A stretch of DNA of 64,000 nt from positions 1,943-65,942 of the forward strand of contig CAIVSY010000053.1 of assembly GCA_903908715.1 (NCBI GenBank). Reading direction: 5' to 3'. Under the pieces are notes generated by a model. The model had not been told where the DNA came from. It did no database searches and saw only the letters and a list, made by a program, of their open reading frames with translations. Shown piece by piece: positions 9,001 through 18,948 of the stretch. Within the stretch, counting starts at the first letter, position 1, and every line of letters starts with the position of its first letter. Source of the stretch: an uncultured bacterium (GTDB taxonomy: Bacteria; Verrucomicrobiota; Kiritimatiellia; CAIKKV01; CAITUY01). Position numbers and translations under genes: made by a program.

Positions 9001-12000
9001 GATTACCATCCGGTCGTTTCCACCGGCGTCGTCACTGCACATGACCACGAAGTCCCCTGTGCCCCATGCAGCCGTAAGCAATTCCTCATAAACCCCGCCA
9101 GTCAGTTCTCCCATGGTATCAGAGTACACCGGCGCGCCGCCGGAGACCCGCGTGACCGTGATCGTGACATTCAGAAGGGGCTGGTGTCTGAACAGCACGT
9201 TGAAGCTGCTGCCCGCCTTGACCGAGGTCGGCCGCGTCAGGATCCGTGCGGCGGTGCCCGCCACATCGGACCGCAATTGATCAAGCAATTCCAGTACCGT
9301 ATTCGAGCTGCCGGGGCCGATGACCCCGAGGGTATTGGTCAGGGTTTCAAGCCGGGCCAATGCCTGTGTCGAAAGATCACTCACCTTGAGATCCAGGTTG
9401 GTTACCCCAGCCAGGATCACGTCCGCTGCATTGGTCAGAGTATCCAGCTTCGCGTTGACGCTCTGACGGAAGGCGGCCTGGGCGGTTGCCAAGTCCGTCA
9501 CGTTGGTATTGACCTGGTTCAGCAGGGCGAGAGCTTCCTGCATTTCACTGCCCTGCGGGACAGTGAGTTGGAAGGTGACGCCTGCCGTGTAGAGTGTCCC
9601 GGAGAACTCGACCTGCACCTTGGCGAAATAGACGCGTCCTTCCGCCATACCTGTCGGCAGGGTCTGCCAGAAGACTCCATTCAAATCACGGGTGGTCGTC
9701 GAGAGGGTCGCGACCAGGGCGCCGGCCGAATCATAGATTGTAACGATACTGCGAGTTGCCTCTGTCAGGATCCTGCCGCCCTTTTCGATCCAGGACGTGG
9801 ACCGGAAGACCAGACCGGTTGCATCATAGCTGAAGTTGGCCATAACGCGGAAGTCAGGGGCCACCTCCGACTGGGTCATCGGCACATCGTTCGTGCGAGA
9901 GGGTTCTGAAAGCCAGTTGAAGACCACCTTGTCATAGAAGAACTCGCGGGACCAGATCGTGTTGAACCTCCCGTACGGATACTCATGCAGGATCAGGTTC
10001 GTGGAATTCAGCCCGGACTCCGACCAGCCCGCGCTGTCGACCACGCTCAGGGAGGAGAGGCTGTTTGTATTGGCCGCATTGTATACGCGCCAGTAGATCC
10101 TGTAATAAAGGATGGAGAACAGGGCATCCGTATCGTCGTACGGGCCTTCCACAGCCGCATCAAAACGGTTGGTATATGCCGCATCCTGGACCCTGAGCCA
10201 AACGATCGGGCTCCTGACATTCGCCACCGTCCACAGGAATTGGCTCAACTGTTCGTGCCCTCTGTCGGCGATCGGCCCTTCCTCATTGACCTTGACCCAA
10301 TACTCGGGCCTGCGGGCAAGGTCTGTGCTGTAGTAGAGGTCCACATAGGGGACCCTTCCGAGTGTCGTCCATTCCACAAAGGTCGGCTTCTGGGAGTAGT
10401 ACTCCTCTCCTCCGTTCGGTTTGCTGATGGTGATGTTCGGCGACAGGTAGAAGCCCGCAGAGATATCCGTGATATTGGTATTGTTGTTGTTCGTTACACG
10501 GATCTTGGCGGCGCCAAGCCGGGTCGGATCCGAAGGCGTCCAGGACTGGCGAAACACGCCATTCGTGAAGGTCGGAGTCCCGATGATCTGCACGGAAGTG
10601 ACAAAGTCGTTCAGCGAGTACTCCACGGTGAAGGATGGAGTCACATTGCCCGCCTTGCTCCACTCGATCCAGTACGACTTGTTGAGTTTCCAGAAAACCC
10701 CTTCCACGGGGCTGACCACTTCAATCGTCGGTTCCGTCACAATGCGGAAAGGCTGGGAGTACCCCACGGAACCGCCGGAATCGGTCACGCGCACCCTCAG
10801 ATTCGTGCCGACGGACTCCACGGGAATGACCCAGTCATAGGAGGTTGCCGTGATGTTCGAGGCGATGGGGAACACCGTATTGTCCGGTCGCACAAGATCC
10901 ACGGTATTAGTCCCTTCGGTGCCGATGGACAGCCATATGATGCTGTTGGTTTCGCCCAACGACCAGATATCCGTGCTCATGGGGCGCAACACCTTGACAC
11001 CGCGGATGGTGAATGGCGCCGAAATCGCGAAGTCCGTCTGCGTGGCCGACTGGACCTTGATCCGGCTGGTGGCGGATGGTTCCCGGAAGGATTCTATCAC
11101 CCAGGTCACTGTGTGCAAGCCGTTGGAGATCGGCACATTCACGGCCACCGGCCGTGCCGTATCATAGGTGACGCCGTCCTGGGAGTAGTAGACATTCACA
11201 AAGGTTCCCGCGCTCGCCGCAAGGAACTGGATCTGGTTGGTGGTCCCGATGGCCCAGTTATTGTTCGTAGCGGGCGAAAGGATGCGCAAGCCCCGCAGTG
11301 TGAAAGTCGGGGAATACGCCACAAACGGAATGGAAGCGTTGGTAACCACCATCTTGATGACAGCGTTGATGGTCGGATCGGCTCCGGAATCCACCGACCA
11401 GGTTGCCTGCCGCAGGTCCAGCAGGATTGGCAACGGCAGCAACGGTGTTGTTCCATAAGTTGCGCCGCCATCCGTGGAGAGGAAGAAATCCCCCAGGGCG
11501 CCCGGATCAAACCCTGCAGTCAGCCATTGGATGGTTTCATCCGCCCCGATCCGCAGGACGGAACCGAGCGAAGGCGCGGTCAGACGCACGCCGCGGAGGG
11601 TGAAGTTCGCGCTAAGTCCCGTATAGGTTCCGGACACGGACTCGGTCACAACCTTCACCCGGCCCACTTCGGATGGATCCATGTCGAAGGAAGGAGTCCA
11701 CTCCCGCACGTTGCTGCCCGGGTAACGCTCATCATTGGGAGTCGTGGGCAGGACGGTAACCTCGGCGCCGTCATCGGGTGCATACGTGATTTTGACCGAG
11801 TCGTTGAGTGTACCGGCCGAATACCAGAGGATGGCGTCGTTTGTAGCCCATCCCATGGTATACATGGCTCCCGCGGTCGGCTTGGTGGTTTTCAAGCCCG
11901 CCACGGTGAAATAGTTATCCGAGACGTCCGCCACATTGGTGAATCCCGGATCGGAAGCCTGTACGCGAACCCGGCACTGCACGCTGGGAAAATCGGGCGC

Positions 12001-15000
12001 GTAGTCAAACTGCCTGGAAAGGAGAGGATATCCCGGCCCGCCCACGTTCGTGTAGGTCGCGCCATTATTATAAGAGAACTGGATCAAGCAACCTCCGCCG
12101 GCGGCCGCATACTCCCAGAGCACATTCGTCATGACCCCCATCTTCCAGATCTCGGTTCCCAATGTCGGCGCCGTCACCCGGATACCGGAAATGCTGAACC
12201 TTTCCGAGATTGCAAACAGGGTGCCGCCTCCGATGGTCGACTCGACCTTGACACGGGTTGTCTCTCCCGGGATCGCGGGAATCGCCCAGGCGTAACTGTT
12301 CACGACAGGGAAGTCGCGGTTTGTGGTGGTCGCCACATAATTCCACGAAGCACCGTCGTCGATGGAGTAATAGATATTCACGTTCGTGCCCGCGCCGCCC
12401 GCGGTCCACTGGATAAAGTTCGTGGTGTTCTGGATCCAGACGTTTGTCGCGGTGGGCTGTTTGATGTCAATATCCGCCACAGTGAACGGCTGGGACACGC
12501 CGGTCACATTCGCATCCTGCCGGGCAACGATGCGAAGCCTTGCGATCGGGCTTGGGTTCCCGGATGTCACCAGCCAGTCATATCGGTTGGTGCCCACAGT
12601 ATTCGCCACGCCCTGGGCGACATTGGTCCAGTTAACCCCATCCTCGGCGAAGTAGATATCCACGCCGTTCGTACCGGCCCCGGATGACACCCATTCCACG
12701 GTCCCCGTGCTTCCGCGCTTCCATGCGGTGACGGAATTTGGGGTGACGAAACCGATACCCGCGAGTACATACTCGTTATCCGAGATATCCGGATAACCGC
12801 CGAACGGGACGGTGATCCTCATGCGCGCATGCTCCGAGAGCAGGTCGTTGTTCGTGGCGGGTATTGACCAGAGATAGAGGTTGGTTCCGGACTGGTTGGG
12901 GATGTTCTCGTTGTTGATGCGGACCCAATCCGTCGTCGACCCGTTGCGATTGTAGTACAGCCAGGCCACGCTACCCATGTTTGTCGGCGACAGCCAGGCG
13001 ACCGAATCAGTCGTTCCGATATAGAACTTTTCCCCTCCGTTCGGGCGAGTCAGGCGGTAGCGGTAGGCCAGCTCGAAGAACGAGTCTGACTGGTCCGTGA
13101 TGCTGGTGTCGGAGGAATCCGTAATGCGGATCAGGCAGTTGCTGCGGGCGGCCGACTGGTTCTGGCCCGGAGTGGTCCAAACGTACTCCCCGGTGTTCGG
13201 GGCATTACTGGTCACGACAGACCAGGAGGTTCCTCCATTATCCGAGAACTGGATGATCATGGGGCCGTTCACTACCCCGGCATTGGTCCATGTGATCGTG
13301 TGGGGGACGCCGACGAGCCAGGCATTGTCCCCGACCTCCGTGCCGTTGGGCGCCGTCACCAGCACACGCCCACGGGAATAGGTCAGCGTGGTGCTGTCCA
13401 GGGCCGTCTGGTTCAACCCGTCGGAATTGAGGAACGCCTTGAACTTGAATGTCCCTCCGGTCTTGGGATAAATCTGGGCAAAGAAGGCCCCGATGTTGTT
13501 GCTCACAGTTGAAAGGCTGCTGGCCATATCCCATCCCAGGCCGGTTACATCCTCCCATGTTCCGGCGTTCCAGCGGTACCAGTTCACGCCGTTATTTCCG
13601 GAAATCTGATACCTTACAGAAGCATCCGTGTTGCTCGCCATCCTGTGCGAGAAGGCGAGCAGATGGCCGAAGAAATCCTGGCCAAACCCGTCCGCAGGCG
13701 CCACCCATGGATTATCCGTGGGATAGCTGGAGATAGCCACCTTGGCCCCTTGCGACCTCGGCCCCCAGCGGTAATCCTCCGTGGAATAATACAGGCGGTA
13801 CTGGAAGTTGCTGTTCAATTCGATGATGCCGACAAGATACGCCAGGGTGGATTCCGTGAAGTATGTGTTGGTCGTCTTGTCGGGGCCGATAAACGGCCCG
13901 GGCACATCCCCCGTCCATGAGCGGCACTGCATTCTGGCGGTTGAAATCCCCGCCCGGTAATGGTCGTTAATCTCCTCGCCATTGCAGGGCCGGGAACGGA
14001 AGGCCACCTCGTCGATCCGGCCCGCGAAATCCCCGCTTCCGTTATAGGCGAGCCCGATCCTGAAGGAGCCTGTATTGGCAACATCGGCACCGCCCAGGGC
14101 CGCCCGTGCCTGCATTACTCCATCCACATAGAGGCGCACCCAGTTGCCGTCATACACACCCGCGATGTGGGCCCATTCCCTCATACGAAGGGGAACCGCC
14201 GCAGCAACCATCGTGCCATTGACCTGGAAATACGGCAACCCGCCTGCGTCCAATCCCAGGGTATATCCCGGCGTGCCGCCGTCCCGCTTGTCCACAATCA
14301 CGCGGCTGAAGACATCACTTGGGTTCACCCAGGCTTCCACGGTAAACGTCAGGGTCTCCAGTGTCTCGTCATCTGCCACTTCAATCATCCGGTCTGAAGT
14401 CCCGTCAAAGGCCATGCAGGCCCCGAAGCGGCCGCTATTGGTCAACAGGGCGCCGCTGACCGTTCCGTGATTGAGCTGAAGGCTCGAATCCAGTGTTGTG
14501 GTCCCGTTGGTCGTCGAATCCAGGTGCCACAGGCCGGACAGATCCGCGCCGTCGGCCACCTGAGCCTTGCCGCAAGGCGTGTCGAGCCCCCACTTCATGA
14601 ACTCCCAGATTGTCTTCTGCTTGCCGTCGAATACCGGACTGGTGTAACGACCTGCCGCAAGGCTGTTCGCCCCTGCGCCCGAGTAGGCGCCGATCTCCAC
14701 CTCGCCGATAGCCCGGCTGAAAATGAACACCTCGTCCATTGCGCCCTTGAAATAGTAGTCCTGAGTCCCGTGTTTTCCCAGGTAAGCCTCACCCGTACCC
14801 ACTCCGCCGTAGCCGGCTCCGAGGTCCAGCATCCCCTGGAGCGCGCCATCCACATAGAACATCAACTGCCGGCCCTGTCGCACGCCGACCGCATGATGCC
14901 ACGCTCCATCCGACAACGACATCAGAGGACGGCTGGCAATGGCCCTCTGGCCGCCGCCGTTCTTGACCACAAAGGCCATCCGCCCCGCCACCCCGACTAC

Positions 15001-17652
15001 CCCGCCCGTGCTGTTGCACTCGATCGCGAAATAATCCCCGGCATTATAAGAGGAGACCAGTGCGCAATAATTCGTCGCCGAGGTCTTGAACCACCCGCCC
15101 ACGCTGAAATCCAGGGTGCCGACGCCCAGGGGCGGAATGTAGACGGCATCTCCGGCTCCATCAAACGAACCACCCAACATTCCCACCTTGGCATCCGTCG
15201 AAGTCTTTGCATCCCCCTGGGCTGTTCCGTTGAAGCCATTCCCTGTGGCATCCTCCACTCCGTTCAACGGCCAGCTTGTGTCATCCATATGCCAGAGGGC
15301 GAGCATCCCGCTGGTAGCGGCCGGGTTGATGGCAGGCGTCACGGATGCATTCAGGTCCGGCAGGGCGATCTCGTCACCGTACCAGCGGGTCCGGTCATCG
15401 TTGAATGTCCCCGCGTCCACTTCCTCAACGGTGTCATCCACATACGAACCGCCCGACGCGGTGGTAATCGTCACATTCTCCACGGCCGGTGTTGCCTCCC
15501 CGTCGCCGAGGAAGGTGACCTGATACTGGAAATACTGTCCTGCATAGCCACCCAGCGAGGAACCCGGGGTGTCGAAATAGCCGGGCAAAGTGGCCGGACC
15601 TGTGAAAGCTGCAGTTGGCGGGTTGTTGGTGCCCGCCCGGAACTGAAGGCGGACAGGGCCATTGACCGCAGTGCGTCGGCCGGCCACTGAATGTTCCGTG
15701 ATTTCCGCGGAAGTGAGAGCCCGGTTATAGACTGCCAGTTCATCCATCCAGCCTGCGAGGTAGTCGCCGTTTGCGCGCCCCACAATCAGGGCCACGTTGG
15801 TCACGGCGAGATCCGAGACCACTGCCACATGATTCCACCCCGGGAGGAGGGTTCCGTGGGGCTTGCCATTCACATACGGGGTTACCACCGCGCCGGACGG
15901 GAAACCAACGGTGCCGATGAACCGGTTCGAGAACACGACATAGGTGGTGTTTGCCACAAGCTCAAGTATGCCGTCCGACATCTGTTCGGACCTCATCCAC
16001 CACTCCACGCTTTGGATTGCACCCAGGGAAGCGATCGTCGCATAACTGGCCCCGCCGTCGAACACGGCAGACCGGTTGCCGAGCTTTGCCAGGTTCGTAT
16101 AGGTCACGCCGCTTGCCGACCCGTTCTTGCCATTGCCCGAATCATCCCGCCAGTCCGCAAGATCGAAGCGCCACAATCCCCGCAATCCGAAGATATTCGT
16201 CGACTGCACATCCGTTCGTTTCCATGAGATCTGGTTAAAGTTGATCACGCTGCCCGCATCGAGAACCCGGGACGTATAGGTGCCATTCGTGTAGTAACCT
16301 CCATTCAGTCCTTTGGCCAGTCCGAGATAGGGGGTGTCGGCCAGAGGCGGCACATTAGTCGTGCCCGCAAATTCTCCCTGCAGGTAATCTCCATATGTGG
16401 TATCAGCCGCAATGACCTTGGAGCCAACAAATGCAAACGACTCCAGTAACGGGCTTGCGGTCGGCTCTGCTGTTAAATAGGCCTTGTACTGGACAAACTG
16501 ATGATAAGGGGAAAAGTTCGCGCTTGCATTCAATGAATCCCTCTCATTAACATAAAAAGTATTCACTGAACCATCCGGCCCGCAAAAAGCACCGCCCGGA
16601 GGATAAGAGGATGAAGACCGCACCTGTACGGCCAAGGAAGACGCACGCCGGTAGAGAGCTAATATCTCTTCTGCGGACAAGGCTCGGTCATAAACCAAGA
16701 CTTCATCAATGAGCCCTTTTGAAGTTCGATCCGCGCTGTAATCATCGAACCCGATCTTCAAGTAATCGTCCTGGACAATGGTCCCGAAGGTCCCAGATTG
16801 CGATACAACAGGTAGGCCATCGAAGTAAAGGACTCGCTGTGTTCTGCTAATAGTGCCCGCGACAAATGTCCACCGCCCCGTCGCAATCGAAGTCGGCGAA
16901 ATCATATACCCGCCTGCGGCAAGAACAATTCTGCCATTGTTCTGTTGTTCTAGACCCAAATAAGTTGATCCGGAGTAAGCAAGCAGAATACCGCCCCATG
17001 TACTATACGACGCAAGCTTGATCCAACAAGCAAAAGTCGCCTCGTTTTTCCCGTTCAACAAACTGGAATCGGCTGTTATCACATGACTACTGCCATTCAG
17101 GCTTACGGCATGACTTCCGAACTTCGCCGCGGAAGAGAACGAAGGGGAGCCTACAGGCGTGCCAAAACTTCCCGCCTTGGAGTCCTGATAGTTGTTGTTG
17201 AGGTGATAGATCGCCACGATATTTGTTTCTGCCGGCAAGGCCTCACTTAAGCCGGGAGTATCGACAAGTTGCCGATTCGAGGCCTTGGTGCTGATGGCCT
17301 GCCACTGGTTCAAACTGCCGCCATCAAATACTCGGGAGACATAAGTTCCCGACGCCTGATATTGCTGGTTGGATTTCTCCACGCACACCGAAGCATCCGG
17401 CCCCACGTTGACATTCACTCGTTCCGTACCGTTGGAATAAAGATATTGCGGCATCCGGGCATCATAAGCGGACTCGGAACGCAGTTTCAGTTTGGCCACA
17501 TCATCCGCCACCTCGATCTTGACTGGATCCGAGACAACATATTCGGTTGACGTGGTAAAGGGCCATGTATTGGTCAAGGCCGAAGCCAGCAAGGTGCCGA
17601 AAAGCGTCATGCTTACGGCAACACTAACAATCCGAAAACGGTTTGCATTCAT
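6064..17652 (-). CDS. Giant secreted/surface protein (~3,860 aa): signal peptide, 4 LamG-like domains, ~11-12 Ig-like repeats with Asp-box motifs, long LTN-repeat coiled-coil stalk
   Basis: Signal-like MNANRFRIVSVAVSMTLFGTLLASA; LamG motifs W.H.A..YDG / G.IDEV.VY.RALS..EI; repeats of P.GGE.W..G....I.W and YS.DGG.TW; C-terminal decad repeats. Confidence 0.88.
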   Translation of the reverse strand: MNANRFRIVSVAVSMTLFGTLLASALTNTWPFTTSTEYVVSDPVKIEVADDVAKLKLRSESAYDARMPQYLYSNGTERVNVNVGPDASVCVEKSNQQYQASGTYVSRVFDGGSLNQWQAISTKASNRQLVDTPGLSEALPAETNIVAIYHLNNNYQDSKAGSFGTPVGSPSFSSAAKFGSHAVSLNGSSHVITADSSLLNGKNEATFACWIKLASYSTWGGILLAYSGSTYLGLEQQNNGRIVLAAGGYMISPTSIATGRWTFVAGTISRTQRVLYFDGLPVVSQSGTFGTIVQDDYLKIGFDDYSADRTSKGLIDEVLVYDRALSAEEILALYRRASSLAVQVRSSSSYPPGGAFCGPDGSVNTFYVNERDSLNASANFSPYHQFVQYKAYLTAEPTASPLLESFAFVGSKVIAADTTYGDYLQGEFAGTTNVPPLADTPYLGLAKGLNGGYYTNGTYTSRVLDAGSVINFNQISWKRTDVQSTNIFGLRGLWRFDLADWRDDSGNGKNGSASGVTYTNLAKLGNRSAVFDGGASYATIASLGAIQSVEWWMRSEQMSDGILELVANTTYVVFSNRFIGTVGFPSGAVVTPYVNGKPHGTLLPGWNHVAVVSDLAVTNVALIVGRANGDYLAGWMDELAVYNRALTSAEITEHSVAGRRTAVNGPVRLQFRAGTNNPPTAAFTGPATLPGYFDTPGSSLGGYAGQYFQYQVTFLGDGEATPAVENVTITTASGGSYVDDTVEEVDAGTFNDDRTRWYGDEIALPDLNASVTPAINPAATSGMLALWHMDDTSWPLNGVEDATGNGFNGTAQGDAKTSTDAKVGMLGGSFDGAGDAVYIPPLGVGTLDFSVGGWFKTSATNYCALVSSYNAGDYFAIECNSTGGVVGVAGRMAFVVKNGGGQRAIASRPLMSLSDGAWHHAVGVRQGRQLMFYVDGALQGMLDLGAGYGGVGTGEAYLGKHGTQDYYFKGAMDEVFIFSRAIGEVEIGAYSGAGANSLAAGRYTSPVFDGKQKTIWEFMKWGLDTPCGKAQVADGADLSGLWHLDSTTNGTTTLDSSLQLNHGTVSGALLTNSGRFGACMAFDGTSDRMIEVADDETLETLTFTVEAWVNPSDVFSRVIVDKRDGGTPGYTLGLDAGGLPYFQVNGTMVAAAVPLRMREWAHIAGVYDGNWVRLYVDGVMQARAALGGADVANTGSFRIGLAYNGSGDFAGRIDEVAFRSRPCNGEEINDHYRAGISTARMQCRSWTGDVPGPFIGPDKTTNTYFTESTLAYLVGIIELNSNFQYRLYYSTEDYRWGPRSQGAKVAISSYPTDNPWVAPADGFGQDFFGHLLAFSHRMASNTDASVRYQISGNNGVNWYRWNAGTWEDVTGLGWDMASSLSTVSNNIGAFFAQIYPKTGGTFKFKAFLNSDGLNQTALDSTTLTYSRGRVLVTAPNGTEVGDNAWLVGVPHTITWTNAGVVNGPMIIQFSDNGGTSWSVVTSNAPNTGEYVWTTPGQNQSAARSNCLIRITDSSDTSITDQSDSFFELAYRYRLTRPNGGEKFYIGTTDSVAWLSPTNMGSVAWLYYNRNGSTTDWVRINNENIPNQSGTNLYLWSIPATNNDLLSEHARMRITVPFGGYPDISDNEYVLAGIGFVTPNSVTAWKRGSTGTVEWVSSGAGTNGVDIYFAEDGVNWTNVAQGVANTVGTNRYDWLVTSGNPSPIARLRIVARQDANVTGVSQPFTVADIDIKQPTATNVWIQNTTNFIQWTAGGAGTNVNIYYSIDDGASWNYVATTTNRDFPVVNSYAWAIPAIPGETTRVKVESTIGGGTLFAISERFSISGIRVTAPTLGTEIWKMGVMTNVLWEYAAAGGGCLIQFSYNNGATYTNVGGPGYPLLSRQFDYAPDFPSVQCRVRVQASDPGFTNVADVSDNYFTVAGLKTTKPTAGAMYTMGWATNDAILWYSAGTLNDSVKITYAPDDGAEVTVLPTTPNDERYPGSNVREWTPSFDMDPSEVGRVKVVTESVSGTYTGLSANFTLRGVRLTAPSLGSVLRIGADETIQWLTAGFDPGALGDFFLSTDGGATYGTTPLLPLPILLDLRQATWSVDSGADPTINAVIKMVVTNASIPFVAYSPTFTLRGLRILSPATNNNWAIGTTNQIQFLAASAGTFVNVYYSQDGVTYDTARPVAVNVPISNGLHTVTWVIESFREPSATSRIKVQSATQTDFAISAPFTIRGVKVLRPMSTDIWSLGETNSIIWLSIGTEGTNTVDLVRPDNTVFPIASNITATSYDWVIPVESVGTNLRVRVTDSGGSVGYSQPFRIVTEPTIEVVSPVEGVFWKLNKSYWIEWSKAGNVTPSFTVEYSLNDFVTSVQIIGTPTFTNGVFRQSWTPSDPTRLGAAKIRVTNNNNTNITDISAGFYLSPNITISKPNGGEEYYSQKPTFVEWTTLGRVPYVDLYYSTDLARRPEYWVKVNEEGPIADRGHEQLSQFLWTVANVRSPIVWLRVQDAAYTNRFDAAVEGPYDDTDALFSILYYRIYWRVYNAANTNSLSSLSVVDSAGWSESGLNSTNLILHEYPYGRFNTIWSREFFYDKVVFNWLSEPSRTNDVPMTQSEVAPDFRVMANFSYDATGLVFRSTSWIEKGGRILTEATRSIVTIYDSAGALVATLSTTTRDLNGVFWQTLPTGMAEGRVYFAKVQVEFSGTLYTAGVTFQLTVPQGSEMQEALALLNQVNTNVTDLATAQAAFRQSVNAKLDTLTNAADVILAGVTNLDLKVSDLSTQALARLETLTNTLGVIGPGSSNTVLELLDQLRSDVAGTAARILTRPTSVKAGSSFNVLFRHQPLLNVTITVTRVSGGAPVYSDTMGELTGGVYEELLTAAWGTGDFVVMCSDDAGGNDRMVIKVTTWELDDLAGTMSGISNQIAGVERSMSNLVLVASNTDRNVSGLVTNLSTLMADVDDIYLTVSNMPGQLAYLTNNIGQVAGLTNLSGSVAAMTSAVSQIIALTNMATQIDNLGALTNLTPQMAAVTSSVARLSAITNSINTMSSQMNYMTNVINQIVVLTNINPAVAAMTTAVAQVTVLTNMSSQLNYVTNVVGQMGVLTNLTPQMAALTNSMARLSSITNQLNTMSSQMNYMTNVIDQVVVLTNISPVVSTLTNAVGQITVLTNMSGQLAYVTNVVGQMGVLTNLTPQMAALTNSMARLSGITNQINTVSSQMSYVTNVINQIAALTNINSAVSAMTNSVAQIAGLTNVGAQLNFVTNALVSMQGLTNLSAQVGSLTNVPGMLASLTNMPVQLGSLSNVMGQLSGLTNLPSQMAGLTNVVTDLMGLTNLTEQVAVMTNAIGQVSGLTNLGARIDYLTNTVGQLSGLTNISGQVAIITNSIGQISGLTNLGARIDYLTNTIGQLGGLTNISGQVAGLTNLPSQMADVTNLVGKLAGITNLSDQVAVMTNAIGQVASLTNLGSRVDYLTNAVGQLSALTNVTDQLAGVSNALTQVIAVTNLSGQMASLASSVNQLAGLTNLPAQLSDISAIVSQLGNMTNDMNDVVASISQLGSLTNIGAQVDGLVDAVAGLGVVTNLGVQIQQVADVVGTLVPLTNFNERMDGLATTLGQLGGLTNLGTQVEQLSGVIGEIMALTNVATQVEGLSADMATLMDSTATLSNSLAALTAAMGSVGSTSTNLQLAIMDAAEMSSNMLSSIEERLGYVTDPAGADTVFGQLTTIEQGLTGVGGTAKQTLQKATSARTEAQNAATAIGEVKKRIGAGQLNQALEDLAVIRQALGAAAEQMRGVASTMTTEDLVKSIRDAMSKIDEMAKARGLQPLGQPADELQAGSLTDPQTVAKLLNSIAETKAMMDAMRVLMDEAVNKPVVVDWLEGAGE
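6650..8950 (-). repeat. Intragenic coding tandem repeats: 30-bp base unit, with 120-bp and 252-bp higher-order duplications
   Basis: 7461-7580 resembles 7581-7700; sequence at 8101 recurs at 8353; TTGGTCA (LTN) recurs about every 30 bp. Confidence 0.85.
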
Positions 17653-17863
17653 ATGGACCACCTTGGAATCATTCCACAAGAACCTCAACGTCACTGATTA
17701 CTTAATGTGAGATTACCACAGGGCTATATAAAACTGAATGTCAAAGAAATGTGAATAAGTTCCAGGGATGCAGGGTTGTCGACTGGAGGGCGGCAGGCCA
17801 ATGCCGCCGACATACCAATCAGGTTGCCTCCTTGTCACTCTGCAACCTGACCACCCGTGAGAG

Positions 17864-18736
17864 CTATCCCTTCCTTAGCACGCACGAGAGGCTGTGGGCC
17901 AACATCCCGGGCCCGATTCCCGGAACACCTGCAGCGATGACGGCCAGACGACGGTTCATGCCGCCCGGCACACCTGCCCGGGCCGCCAGAAAGCGCCGTC
18001 CGCGATTCCCTGCATCGAGGTTCCGGTACCCCGGGCCAAACCCGTAGCGAATCGTCCAGGGCCAGACACCCCGGTCCCAGGACCGACTCCTGAAGCGATC
18101 CAGAAAGCGGGGAACATAATTGACCCACCAACTGCGGGAATGGACTTCCCTGGGCCACAACCGGTTACTGGTCCCCGTCACAACGACGACTCCGCCCGGC
18201 TTCAACACCCGATCCAGTTCCCGTTGCACATCCGCAAGCATGAAACAGGGCACGCACTCCAGGACGCTGGCGCAATTGATCAGGTCAAAGGCATCGTCGG
18301 GGAAGGGGAGTCGCCGGGTATCGGGGACATGGAGAAACTTGAGAGAAGCGGTTGAAAATGGAGGGCGTTGCGCTGTCGGCGCCGCGTCTTGGTATGTCGG
18401 CGGCAACGGCGTGCCGCCCTCCACCAGGGGAAACCCGTACCGCCGGGCATTCATCAATGAGAGAGCAATCCAGTCTGCAGACACATCCACGGCGGTCACA
18501 TTGGCCCCCAGACAGGCAAACACGATGGCAGAGCCGCCGACATTGCTTCCGAACTCGAGTACATCCTTGCCTGCCGCCTCGATCCCGTAGGCCGCCAGGA
18601 AGGGCGGCAGTTTCCGCCATTGGTAGTCGACATACCCCCCGACCCAGACGCTGGCGGGGTCATAGCCCATGGCTCGGCTTTTTTGCTGAAATAAAGCATC
18701 GTCCTCGGGGGACGTTATGACGGGTATGGGATTCAT
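17864..18736 (-). CDS. Class I SAM-dependent methyltransferase with in-frame REP doublet
   Basis: VLEFGSNVGG, LPFPDDAFDLI, RVLKPGG. Start moved to MNPIPV because the upstream extension is translated REP sequence. Confidence 0.85.
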   Translation of the reverse strand: MNPIPVITSPEDDALFQQKSRAMGYDPASVWVGGYVDYQWRKLPPFLAAYGIEAAGKDVLEFGSNVGGSAIVFACLGANVTAVDVSADWIALSLMNARRYGFPLVEGGTPLPPTYQDAAPTAQRPPFSTASLKFLHVPDTRRLPFPDDAFDLINCASVLECVPCFMLADVQRELDRVLKPGGVVVVTGTSNRLWPREVHSRSWWVNYVPRFLDRFRSRSWDRGVWPWTIRYGFGPGYRNLDAGNRGRRFLAARAGVPGGMNRRLAVIAAGVPGIGPGMLAHSLSCVLRKG

Positions 18737-18770
18737 GTAATGATGCTCCGCTCTATTGGATTTGCAGCAT

Positions 18771-18915
18771 CGGCGCTGCACGCCCTTCACGCTGTGTAGT
18801 AGCGGCTGTCTCAGCCGCGCTCTGCTCCTCAGCGCTGCACGCCCTGCGTCTTGTGTAGTAGCGGCTGTCTCAGCCGCGCTCTGCTTCTCAGCCGCGCTCT
18901 GCTCCTCAGCCGCGT
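18771..18915. repeat. GTAG-type REP array downstream of the RAYT gene
   Basis: GTAGTAGCGGCTGTCTCAGCCGC at 18796 and 18856 (60-bp period), plus 18-bp CTCAGCCGCGCTCTGCTY units. Confidence 0.9.
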
Positions 18916-18948
18916 TCTTCACGTCTCATGCCATGCACATTCGCGTTT

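Noticed and set aside
9985-12687. 900-aa plus-strand ORF and other long plus-strand ORFs over the giant gene
   Set aside because: Antisense shadows of a GC3-biased gene; no recognisable motifs.
18737-18922. N-terminal extension of the methyltransferase ORF
   Set aside because: Translation of the REP array; a more plausible ATG lies at 18736.
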